From NCBI GenBank assembly GCA_041736175.1, contig JBGSUI010000054.1:1-21809 (forward strand): DNA of 21,809 nt, in the 5' to 3' direction. Source of the DNA: Oligoflexales bacterium. GTDB lineage: Bacteria > Bdellovibrionota_B > Oligoflexia > Oligoflexales > CAIYRB01. The notes under the pieces were generated by a model, which saw nothing but the letters and a program-made list of their open reading frames with translations, was not told where the DNA came from and did not search any database. Position numbers and translations under genes: made by a program. Below, one piece after another: positions 7,640 through 16,554 of the stretch; position 1 is the stretch's first letter, and every line of letters starts with the position of its first letter.

Positions 7640-8497
7640 TCATTTGCCATTTACCCCAGCAAACGTGGCTAGACACTCTCGCATCGTATTGAGATGAAGC
7701 CCCACAACTGGACCGATACCCCCATCGTCGTCCCGTTGGTAACCACCAGCTAAGTTCCAAGCTATAGGAATACCCAGTTCACGGGCAGTGGCAAACATGA
7801 TTCGGTCCCGTTGCCTCATTTGAGCCGTGGTTAAGACACCTCCAAGCGGATCATCCACGTGAGCGTCAGCCCCAGCTTGGTAGATAATGAGTTGCGTGCC
7901 GTGTTCCAAAAAATCTTTCTTGAGCCCCCGAAGCTTTGCCAAGTATTGAGGACCCTGGTCTGGACGAGAAAAATAAAGGCCAAAGGAAATATGGAGCAGG
8001 CCGGGTGCACCAACTTTGGCAAGGATGTCATCCGTACCGTCGCCATAATGCTGATCGCAATCGACAATAGCAATCCTTTTGGCTAAACCAGCGTCCAAGA
8101 TGGCAAAAACCGCCACCATTAACCCATTGAAAGTACAGAAACCCTCAGCACGTGAATACCCCGCATGGTGAAACCCAGACGATAATGAGCAGGCCGCTCC
8201 GTCCACGAGTGAGGCCTTAGCGGCGTCGATCATGGAACCATTGGTATATGGCAGGCTGGCACGGACACTCACGGAGTTGTTACCAAACCCATTCGGTATC
8301 TGCCCGCTAAGCACACCTTGAATAAAATCAGGATCATGGGATCGCTTGAGTTGCTCAAGCGATGCAGGCTCAGGCGCAACGAAGTCAATTGGCATATTCT
8401 CTTGTTTCATAGCGAGCGCAACATGGTGCGGTTTAATCGCGCTAGGAGAGTAACTTCCCGCATCGGCCACCATCTTTCCGCTGTAAAAAACTTTCAT
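7640..8497 (-). CDS. Histone deacetylase family Zn-dependent amidohydrolase
   Basis: GFHHAG, GFCTFNG, VDCDQHYGDGT, YQAGADAHVDDPLG and AGGY motifs are intact. ATG 8497 is preferred over GTG 8509. Confidence 0.93.
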   Translation of the reverse strand: MKVFYSGKMVADAGSYSPSAIKPHHVALAMKQENMPIDFVAPEPASLEQLKRSHDPDFIQGVLSGQIPNGFGNNSVSVRASLPYTNGSMIDAAKASLVDGAACSLSSGFHHAGYSRAEGFCTFNGLMVAVFAILDAGLAKRIAIVDCDQHYGDGTDDILAKVGAPGLLHISFGLYFSRPDQGPQYLAKLRGLKKDFLEHGTQLIIYQAGADAHVDDPLGGVLTTAQMRQRDRIMFATARELGIPIAWNLAGGYQRDDDGGIGPVVGLHLNTMRECLATFAGVNGK

Positions 8498-8579
8498 AAA
8501 AAGCCCCACCTTTGTTAGGTAACATATTAAAAATATTGTTAATATACCAAAATAACCCAGTTGTTAGGAGAAATCTGTC

Positions 8580-9089
8580 TTAATTCACTAATCTAACGGC
8601 TTCCTCAACCTTTTTTTCAGAACTGAGCGACTCGAGTCCGAGTGGTTCAAGTTTTTCAAGTAAAGTTTGAGCATAATCCATCATCTCAGATAGTTTATTG
8701 GCCAAAAAATAGAGATTGACTAAATCCAGACGTTCCCGAAACGTCACACAAATAATCCCGCTAGAATCAGAACAAGCTTTCACTCCGCAGGCTAAGGTAC
8801 GATTCCACTCAAGTAATTCTTTGTATGCCAAGACGCTGTTAGCATTTTCCAACCTTCCTAGACCAATTTCAGCGTGGATATAGGGTAGAAATCTTCCCTC
8901 GCTGTCAGCTACTTCATAAAGTTTTATAATGTAACTTGCTTTTTCAAGTACAAAAAACTGAAAAAACAAAGTACGGCGTCCCGTTTTATCAACCTCAATC
9001 GTCTTTACATTTTCTGGTTTAAGTCCACCATCACTCAAAAAGGTCTCAGTTAACTGTACCATTTCATCAAAGTGATTTGTCCTGTTCAT
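8580..9089 (-). CDS. YbjN / type III secretion chaperone-like fold protein
   Basis: AAAGGAG RBS before ATG 9089; YKELLEWNRTL followed by a beta hairpin and a long C-terminal helix (YAQTLLEKL). Confidence 0.55.
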   Translation of the reverse strand: MNRTNHFDEMVQLTETFLSDGGLKPENVKTIEVDKTGRRTLFFQFFVLEKASYIIKLYEVADSEGRFLPYIHAEIGLGRLENANSVLAYKELLEWNRTLACGVKACSDSSGIICVTFRERLDLVNLYFLANKLSEMMDYAQTLLEKLEPLGLESLSSEKKVEEAVRLVN

Positions 9090-9413
9090 AATGACTCCTT
9101 TTTCAGATTGTTTTTTACCTATTATAGATACCGAGTTACTCTTGGTCGAATCAGACGGTCTCAAAAAATGATGTTTTGCCATAAAAATTGCATTTTCTTA
9201 GAAATCTTTTAGATCACTATTGAGTGTGCTGCCTGGGAACTATAATTTAATCGGATAACACTATGTCACCTAGGGACGTTAACAGAGGTCTTAGAACCTA
9301 CCTAAACAGAACGACGCATCATCAATGACGAATCTAAATAAAAACGTAGCCAGCAATATGGAATAAAATACCATATTGTCAGTGAGCGATCCTCGAAGGG
9401 ATCTAAAAATTTA

Positions 9414-10442
9414 TTAAATGTCGTAGAATGTTGGTCCCTCGATTCTTTGAAATAAGACCAAGGTACTGGTTATTTCTCCTGGGACCCACCCCGATGGAGT
9501 TAGATTATGGCCGAAACATGGTAGCCCATAGGATGGTTTAGCTTCCACTGTGATAAGCGGGTTGACTCCTATAGGTGTACAAAATAAAATATTGTATAGA
9601 TAGCTTTCAATGGGTTCATTATTCCAAGATTTAAAAGCCGTAAAAACATCGCGTGCCTTAGATAAATCACCTTGCTCTATTAACAAGGCAATATATGTGG
9701 GACAAATCAACTCATTGATTGCGTTTGAGTTGCGCGCCAGAAGTATTTTTACAATCCTCCAGGCCTGGTCCGTATTCCCGGCAAGGCGGTTTGCCTCTGC
9801 TTGGTAGCGTAGAAAATCAGATCCGTCGTCGTTAACAAAGTACTTTGGACGTTTGGTGTCCAATTGACTGGGGTCTATTTGTATGATCTCCTTATAATCT
9901 TTTGCGTAGAGACGCAAAGCCATGGAATCATGCCATATAGTATAGTTAGGCGCCCCATGCCAAACTTGTTCTAGAGTTTCCATAGCCTCTACGTATCGAC
10001 CTAGACTACCGTAGGCAAGGTATAAAAATTTTTTAAGCTCATAGGAGCGTTTGCTTGGAGGAAGTGAGCTCTTTTGATGTGAGGACCAATCTTCAAGAAA
10101 GTCGATACTATCTTGCCACCGCAATAGGTAGCAAAGGGTTTTAGCCTTTAAATTGGCAGTTTTTATACATGGGTATACATCATAGCATTCACATGCAACT
10201 CGATATAGATTTTTCATTGTCGATTCAGATGTTTGCCAAATGAAATGTTCATTGACATAGCTACGGCAGATTTCAATCCAGCTTTTCTTGCAAAGAGGAA
10301 ATATTTTGGCCATTTTTTCTTCATATTTAGCTATCAGCTCATCATAATCATTACCCACAATCTCGGTATCAAGATCTTTTTTATCCACCTCACATTGGGT
10401 CGATTGTCTCGTTTTATTTTTCATAAATTCCACCCCATCCAT
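9414..10442 (-). CDS. TPR-like helical repeat protein
   Basis: LYLAYGSLGRYVEAMETLEQ, AEANRLAGNTDQAWRI, IALLIEQGDLSKARDVF. Confidence 0.65.
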   Translation of the reverse strand: MDGVEFMKNKTRQSTQCEVDKKDLDTEIVGNDYDELIAKYEEKMAKIFPLCKKSWIEICRSYVNEHFIWQTSESTMKNLYRVACECYDVYPCIKTANLKAKTLCYLLRWQDSIDFLEDWSSHQKSSLPPSKRSYELKKFLYLAYGSLGRYVEAMETLEQVWHGAPNYTIWHDSMALRLYAKDYKEIIQIDPSQLDTKRPKYFVNDDGSDFLRYQAEANRLAGNTDQAWRIVKILLARNSNAINELICPTYIALLIEQGDLSKARDVFTAFKSWNNEPIESYLYNILFCTPIGVNPLITVEAKPSYGLPCFGHNLTPSGWVPGEITSTLVLFQRIEGPTFYDI

Positions 10443-10495
10443 AAAATTTATTTAAATAATTATCGAATATAATTGGATTGTTAGATGCTTTTCAA

Positions 10496-10885
10496 TCAGT
10501 CGAACAATCGTACAAAAATACTAATAATCAGTGGAAAAATAAGGGTTCCAGTGAGGGTATCTAAGACTGAAATAAATTCATTAGCAAAGTTAACATGAAA
10601 GATTGTTGAACCTTGATTTGAATTGACTCTTGATAGAGGACTCTCATGGGGGACTTCGATCCTGTCATTGATCCGATTTTTTGAAGACAAATCATCCAAT
10701 AATCGCTCATAGGATGCCGTTAAAGCAATGAATCTTGCCGTTGCTTTTGTGTCTTGTGGATTACGATCAGGATGGATATTAAATGCTAATTTTCGGTAGG
10801 ATCTCTTTAGATCTTCCACAGTGTAGTTTCCCCTTAAGATCAGCTGGCTTGTTTCTAAGCGTTCATCTTTATAGCATTGGTTCAT
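10496..10885 (-). CDS. J-domain (DnaJ class C) protein with hydrophobic C-terminus
   Basis: LKRSYRKLAFNIHPDRNP...ARFIALTASYERL with intact HPD; C-terminal TLIFPLIISIFV; GGGGGA RBS. Confidence 0.88.
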   Translation of the reverse strand: MNQCYKDERLETSQLILRGNYTVEDLKRSYRKLAFNIHPDRNPQDTKATARFIALTASYERLLDDLSSKNRINDRIEVPHESPLSRVNSNQGSTIFHVNFANEFISVLDTLTGTLIFPLIISIFVRLFD

Positions 10886-10932
10886 TTTGGTCCCCCCTAA
10901 TATAAAGTCCCATGTGGCGATAGTTTGGATTT

Positions 10933-11208
10933 TTAATCATCATCACTAAATAAATTAAACAAAAACGTTATCACTTCATCTCTTTCCTCATGATCTTCGA
11001 GTAGATCAATTAGAAAACAGCCACTTTTTGGTGCCTTTAGCATTCTAATGTTGAATTGATCAAGGGTCTCGTAATCATACCTTTCCTGGTAGTAGAGCAT
11101 AACTTGTTCTTCTGGTTTCATTTGATCCCATTCTCTTCTGATAGCTTGAATAGCCTCCTGAACAGTTCTATTTCTTGGTTTGATTTCATCCAGGGAAGTT
11201 TTTTTCAT
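10933..11208 (-). CDS. Hypothetical protein (91 aa, acidic C-terminus)
   Basis: ORF closely follows the upstream gene; GGAG lies upstream of ATG. Confidence 0.65.
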   Translation of the reverse strand: MKKTSLDEIKPRNRTVQEAIQAIRREWDQMKPEEQVMLYYQERYDYETLDQFNIRMLKAPKSGCFLIDLLEDHEERDEVITFLFNLFSDDD

Positions 11209-11214
11209 ATTTTT

Positions 11215-11430
11215 TTACTCCATATCATTTAGGGAGCAAGCCCTAAAATACTCATCAACCACTGCAACCTCTTCAGGAGTTAGGTCAGGGGTATAATATA
11301 TATTTACATTTTGTTTAGCAGCAACAGAATCTAAAAAACTCACATACGAACCATCTAAGGCGCAATAAAGCTCTTTTTCCTGTTGAGTTAAAGTATTCCA
11401 GCTCCTTTTTTTAATATCCTCTATTTTCAT
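11215..11430 (-). CDS. Hypothetical protein (71 aa)
   Basis: AGGAGAGGG RBS before ATG 11430 (MKIEDIKK...), preferred over 11541. Confidence 0.6.
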   Translation of the reverse strand: MKIEDIKKRSWNTLTQQEKELYCALDGSYVSFLDSVAAKQNVNIYYTPDLTPEEVAVVDEYFRACSLNDME

Positions 11431-11524
11431 ACACCCTCTCCTGATTGTGTCATTACTTACATACAACTTAATTGGAACTACCCCTTGAGTGTGTCTAATC
11501 ACATCTAAAGACTCATATCTTGTC

Positions 11525-11578
11525 GTCACAGCATGTGACATTTAAGGTCACCAAGAAGTGCGTCCTTAGATGACGCAC
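11525..11578. promoter_or_regulatory. Cluster of three palindromes in a divergent promoter region
   Basis: GTCACA-gca-TGTGAC (11525..11539), GTGAC-N7-GTCAC (11535..11551), GTGCGTC-N7-GACGCAC (11558..11578). Confidence 0.45.
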
Positions 11579-11654
11579 AATCCTACGATAAGCCAAAAGC
11601 GAATGATAGATGCTCACATTAGGGTCTAAAAGACGCCAAACCGGAGGGTTGCAA

Positions 11655-13004
11655 ATGTGTTGGCAAATATTTGATACCTTAGTATTTAATGGCTTAAAAT
11701 TTGATCTATCGACTTATTTACTAGAAAAATGGTTAGATTCTTTCGCGCCGGATCGGGAAACCTCCTTTACGTCTACATCTTGTTATCGAGGGTATATTGC
11801 CATATGGGCCATCAAAGATGGTGAATTGATTCTGACAAAAGTTGAATCAAGTGGCCTGAAAGAGGCTGGTATCTTAACAGCAGATATTTTAGGAAAAAGA
11901 GCTTATTGGGTTACGGGTAAAGTCCCAATTTTTCTAAACAAATACTTTACATTCTCTATGCCTGAAACCAATGCTGGAGTGGAAATTGAATTTCAAAATG
12001 GACAAGTGGTCAATGTACGCTTTGTATTGATTCCCGATCATGCAATCATTTTTGACAGAGTCTTAACACAAAGGAATCATGATACTAATGATTCGGATGA
12101 ATCAGCCATTGCCCCCTGGAATGATCCACCAAAAATTTTTCGAGATTGGCTCCAAAATAAAAGGGCAAATGACAATATGGTTGTCCGTGAAGGGCTGTCC
12201 TGGGGATCAATTGATGATCATTTTCATGGATATAAACTTTTAAATGAACTCAGTTCATTTTTAGATTCCAGTCCTAAAGACGGAATATTCAGGAGTTTGG
12301 AATGGAAAACATTAGAAAAACTTCTAGGAGAAAAATCCTTTCGGTATAGGCATAGTTTGATTTATGAAGTGGGTGATCGTATGAGACTGGAAGATTCAAC
12401 TAGGGCGGTAGTTACCGCAGTACGAGAGTCAGAAATTGATGTTATCACTGACGGAAACCAAACCAAAACTTTGCCCCATGCGGTACCCTTGCTTAACCCC
12501 TATTACCATCTAAAAGTTGGGGACCGATTTGTCATGGATTGGGTAAAAGAGAGCTGGCTTTGCACAGAAAATTTACCTGGTGGTGAGATGCGCATCAAAA
12601 CAATCGATGGTCAGGAGCGCCTCCTTAGTAAGTTACTGAAAAGTTACGGGCAGCTTCGTTACCGATCCCCACAAGAATCAAGAGACTATTTGCACTTAAC
12701 TGTCGATCGGCTCAATGATTTTCTAAAATCACCGGCATTTCGTGGTTGTATTATTCAAAATGTCGTTTTTGAACCAGAAGCAGATGGAGTCATTCCTACA
12801 ACTATAGGTTGGATTAGCATCAAAAGCAAAATGGGGCACATCAATAGAAGACCCGTGATCACTGGCTTTGAGATAACAGAGCTTACTTTTATATTATGTG
12901 CCTTACTTCATGTGTTCAATAAAAATGCGCGAAAATATCTAACAGATTTTGTTGAATTTTATGGACCAAACCTAAGGCATTTGCTCACTGGGCATCTGAC
13001 CTAA
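11655..13004 (+). CDS. Hypothetical multidomain protein
   Basis: GGAGGG RBS before ATG 11655; N-terminal STSCYRGYIAIWAIKDGELIL motif; two internal VGDR-containing SH3/KOW-like segments. Confidence 0.75.
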   Translation: MCWQIFDTLVFNGLKFDLSTYLLEKWLDSFAPDRETSFTSTSCYRGYIAIWAIKDGELILTKVESSGLKEAGILTADILGKRAYWVTGKVPIFLNKYFTFSMPETNAGVEIEFQNGQVVNVRFVLIPDHAIIFDRVLTQRNHDTNDSDESAIAPWNDPPKIFRDWLQNKRANDNMVVREGLSWGSIDDHFHGYKLLNELSSFLDSSPKDGIFRSLEWKTLEKLLGEKSFRYRHSLIYEVGDRMRLEDSTRAVVTAVRESEIDVITDGNQTKTLPHAVPLLNPYYHLKVGDRFVMDWVKESWLCTENLPGGEMRIKTIDGQERLLSKLLKSYGQLRYRSPQESRDYLHLTVDRLNDFLKSPAFRGCIIQNVVFEPEADGVIPTTIGWISIKSKMGHINRRPVITGFEITELTFILCALLHVFNKNARKYLTDFVEFYGPNLRHLLTGHLT

Positions 13005-13056
13005 CACATAGTTTCTTACAATTAAAGTCACCTGCAAGAAATTAAGGAGGGGACGC

Positions 13057-13803
13057 TTGATGCTAAAAAAAAATGATCTTGAGGGTTATCTCAATCCACA
13101 TGACTGGTTAGTCATCCCTGATTTGCATGGATCGAGGCATTTTCCAGCAGCTGCAGCTTTTATGTCTGGTATGGTCTCGCCTATAATCCAGCTGGGAGAT
13201 GTAATTGATGTTCGAGACGAGGATTGTTCGAGTATTGTCGCTATCAAGGCCCTTATGCAGCTCAAAGAGGCCTGTCCTCAACTGATTTGCTTACGGGGGA
13301 ATCACGAACAAATGCTCCTTGATCATTTGGCGCGTTCTAAAGATTTTGAATGCGCCGTTGAAAGTGAATTTGCCCAAGACTACTCTGCTTTATCGGAGTT
13401 TAGTAAAGAATATCATGGCATTCCAGACGACATCATGACGTTTATAAAAGCCTCTAAGCTCTACCATCAGACTCAAAACTTGCTTTTTGTCCACGCGGGA
13501 TGTCGCTGGAATAAACAAGCCTCCGACGTCACAGAGCTCGATCAAGAAGATCTCCTATGGGCCTATGAAGTGAGTCGAAATTGGCGCGGAAAAAAGCTGG
13601 TTCGGGGCCATAGGATCGTTGGGTTGCCCGAGGAATATTCGAATCACATCAATTGCGAAACAGGGGGATGGAAAGGCAATAAGCCACTAATCGTGTCTAT
13701 TGTGAGGGACACTAGACACAAGCAAAAGCTACGAGGTTGGATCGAGTTTTTCGATGATGAAATCAAGCTTGTCACGGGATCAACGATTGATGTTAACTAC
13801 TGA
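13057..13803 (+). CDS. Calcineurin-like metallophosphoesterase (PrpA/ApaH-like PPP family)
   Basis: DLHG, LGDVID, LRGNHE, LFVHAG and VRGH motifs; AAGGAGG RBS. Confidence 0.9.
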   Translation: MMLKKNDLEGYLNPHDWLVIPDLHGSRHFPAAAAFMSGMVSPIIQLGDVIDVRDEDCSSIVAIKALMQLKEACPQLICLRGNHEQMLLDHLARSKDFECAVESEFAQDYSALSEFSKEYHGIPDDIMTFIKASKLYHQTQNLLFVHAGCRWNKQASDVTELDQEDLLWAYEVSRNWRGKKLVRGHRIVGLPEEYSNHINCETGGWKGNKPLIVSIVRDTRHKQKLRGWIEFFDDEIKLVTGSTIDVNY

Positions 13804-13991
13804 TAATCGCCTTCAGCAAGATAATCATTAAGAATTGAACAGTTATGGAGTTTTATATGACTATTTACTGTTTAGTCAAGAGCCCCGTACGACCTCTCTT
13901 GTCATGGATCAAGCCGATAGATGATACAGCTGGAGGACAAGACGACCTATAACCCTCATCGAGGGTGCAAACAAAAATAATGGAGGATATC

Positions 13992-14903
13992 ATGAGAGGT
14001 TCAATCGACATCGTGAGCGATCACTTCCAAAAGATTCGTATTGTAGTTAAATCAGTCCTGATGTGCGATAACAAAATCAATGTTATCTTGGAACATGATG
14101 ATTCACCACCTAGCAAAAAATTGAAGGAGATCTCAAAAATCAGTGAAGATTTATGGGACGAAAACCTTGATCAGGAATATGAAGTGGTCATTCTAGCCAG
14201 TGATAGTGATGGCTCCAACAAACCTTTCGCAGTTATTAAGGACAAGAGCCTATGGGTCGTACAGGTCGATCACCTTGATAGGTATCAAGGAACCAAAAAT
14301 TTTGAGAGTCTTTTTAATCAGGAATTTCAGGCTGAAATTCCAAAAGATCTTGCAAGGCCTCAAAAAATCCTCCGCAAAATCGATATAGGAAAATTGTGGA
14401 CTTCGATAGATGAAAACAATATGGGATCCTTATTGGAATATTTGACGCCTTCTCCCTACGTTAAATACCAATGTGACGGTGATGAAATTTTAACCGGATT
14501 TTGTGGCTATGGTGTCAATAGCTACGCATTTTATTGGTGTACCAAGATAGGTCTCAGGATCCGTATGCTTAGGATGCCCTATGGAGGAATATACTCAGAT
14601 ATGGAGAATGATCGTTCCTATATCTTAGGAAATCTAGAGGTACTCGCTGAGGTGGATAAAAAATTTGGAAGTCACATTGTTAAAGAGAAAATGATTGATA
14701 ACATGGGGGATCTGGGTTGGGAGGTAACATTGAATAATGGCATCATTTTCTTCTATGGTGGCCGAACGACACTTCGATTATACAAAGAAAAAGAGATCAT
14801 CGAAATGGTTGATCTGAATCAAGTCGCCGATTATAAACATGGGCATATGATAGGTATACGCGCGCAAATTTTGGATATTCTGGCCTTGGGTTTGAAAAAA
14901 TAG
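13992..14903 (+). CDS. Hypothetical protein
   Basis: GGAGG RBS before ATG 13992; C-terminal GYGVNSYAFY...LRMPYGGIY motif of unknown function. Confidence 0.7.
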   Translation: MRGSIDIVSDHFQKIRIVVKSVLMCDNKINVILEHDDSPPSKKLKEISKISEDLWDENLDQEYEVVILASDSDGSNKPFAVIKDKSLWVVQVDHLDRYQGTKNFESLFNQEFQAEIPKDLARPQKILRKIDIGKLWTSIDENNMGSLLEYLTPSPYVKYQCDGDEILTGFCGYGVNSYAFYWCTKIGLRIRMLRMPYGGIYSDMENDRSYILGNLEVLAEVDKKFGSHIVKEKMIDNMGDLGWEVTLNNGIIFFYGGRTTLRLYKEKEIIEMVDLNQVADYKHGHMIGIRAQILDILALGLKK

Positions 14904-15072
14904 TGCCCTATATTGGGTTTGACATAATAAAAAAAAATTGTCTAGTTAGGTAAGTAGACCAGAGGAGTTTTACCTCTAGCCCATCGTCATGGAAATAACT
15001 ACTTATAACGCCGGATCGGTTTGCAGCTGACATAGCAAAGTGCAACAAATTCAGTCCATTGGACGAAAATAG

Positions 15073-16236
15073 TCAAACACCCGCTTTTTGACGCAGAGTA
15101 TCCACTTTATCCAGTCGTTCCCAGGTGAAGGCGTCGTCTTGGCGCCCGAAATGCCCATAAGCTGCGGTTTTTAAATAAATTGGCCGCAAGAGGTCCAACG
15201 AGGTAATGATTCCGCGCGGACGCAGATCAAACACGTCACGGATCACACCGACAATCTTCTCGTCGCTAATTCGTCCCGTGCCAAATGTGTTGATGCTGAT
15301 CGATGTCGGATCGGCAATTCCGATCGCGTATGAAATTTGAATCTCACAGCGATCGGCCAATCCAGCAGCGACGACGTTCTTCGCCACATACCTGCCCGCG
15401 TAGGCTGCAGAGCGGTCTACTTTAGAAGGATCCTTACCAGAGAATGCACCGCCACCATGCCTTGCCATACCTCCGTAAGTGTCGACGATGATCTTTCGGC
15501 CCGTGAGACCGCAATCCCCGACGGGGCCACCAACCACAAAGGAGCCCGTTGGATTGATGAAATACTTGGTGCTGTTGCTCAACCATTTGGCCGGCAGCAC
15601 AGGCTGAATAATTTCCCTCATGACTCCGGCCCTGATATCGGTCAAAGAAACATCGCTTGATGTCTGTGTCGACAACACCACGGCATCAATAGCACAAGGA
15701 CGTCCCTGGTCATCATAGCGAAAGGTAACCTGGCTTTTAGCATCGGGACGCAACCAGGGAAGAACCCTCGACTTGCGGACTTCAGACTGCTGCTTTACCA
15801 AACGATGAGCATAGGTGATCGGAGCCGGCATATAGACATCCGTTTCATTGGATGCATAGCCAAACATTAATCCTTGATCGCCAGCTCCCTGCTCAAGGTC
15901 TGATGTTTTGTCCACACCCATGCGGATTTCCAAGGACTGCCTTCCAATCACATTAAGCACCGCACATGTGGCTCCGTCAAAGCCCATAGAAGAATGATTG
16001 TAACCGATGTCGAGAATAACTTGCCGTACGACATCCTCAATCTCGATTGCGGCGTTGGTGGTGACCTCGCCAGCAACCAGAACCATCCCAGTCTTAACCA
16101 AGACTTCGCAAGCTACGCGAGCGTCCTGGTCCTTCTTGAGGATGCTGTCCAAGATCGCATCGGAAATTTGATCTGCTATCTTATCTGGATGACCTTCAGA
16201 TACAGACTCTGAGGTAAAAACCCTGTATTCAGACAT
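15073..16236 (-). CDS. metK: S-adenosylmethionine synthetase (methionine adenosyltransferase)
   Basis: [49 protein letters not shown] and TAAYGHFG; full length 387 aa; AAGGGAG RBS. Confidence 0.99.
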   Translation of the reverse strand: MSEYRVFTSESVSEGHPDKIADQISDAILDSILKKDQDARVACEVLVKTGMVLVAGEVTTNAAIEIEDVVRQVILDIGYNHSSMGFDGATCAVLNVIGRQSLEIRMGVDKTSDLEQGAGDQGLMFGYASNETDVYMPAPITYAHRLVKQQSEVRKSRVLPWLRPDAKSQVTFRYDDQGRPCAIDAVVLSTQTSSDVSLTDIRAGVMREIIQPVLPAKWLSNSTKYFINPTGSFVVGGPVGDCGLTGRKIIVDTYGGMARHGGGAFSGKDPSKVDRSAAYAGRYVAKNVVAAGLADRCEIQISYAIGIADPTSISINTFGTGRISDEKIVGVIRDVFDLRPRGIITSLDLLRPIYLKTAAYGHFGRQDDAFTWERLDKVDTLRQKAGV

Positions 16237-16430
16237 GTAAGCTCCCTTAAACCTTCCTTTTCATTTTCAAATATACACCTTCTCATCATAGCACTCGAAC
16301 GATCGCCCCCATATATAGCGAAATGAATAGTCGGGTGGCATCGTGACAGCCGGGGTCAAACCTGATAAAATAACGCGAAATCAGTGCTTTAGATTCAGTT
16401 CAAATGCACTGCATCCTAATAATAGGTTGG

Positions 16431-16462
16431 TCAATGCGTGCGCCGCCCGGCGCTCGCATTGA
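16431..16462. other. GC-rich hairpin in the metK / M20 divergent intergenic region
   Basis: tcaatgcg-t-gcgcc-gccc-ggcgc-t-cgcattga: 13 bp with one T-T mismatch. Confidence 0.55.
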
Positions 16463-16554
16463 TTGCCCCATCTCTTCCGTGGTAGGGTCGACAGGGCAGT
16501 CGTGGGAACTCATTAATCGGCTATTAGTTTGATAAAGGTTTTAACTAAATTTAT

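Noticed and set aside
16237..16554. Known SAM riboswitch upstream of metK
   Set aside because: The minus strand has GCACTGATTT but lacks the rest of the SAM-II consensus and any SAM-I core.
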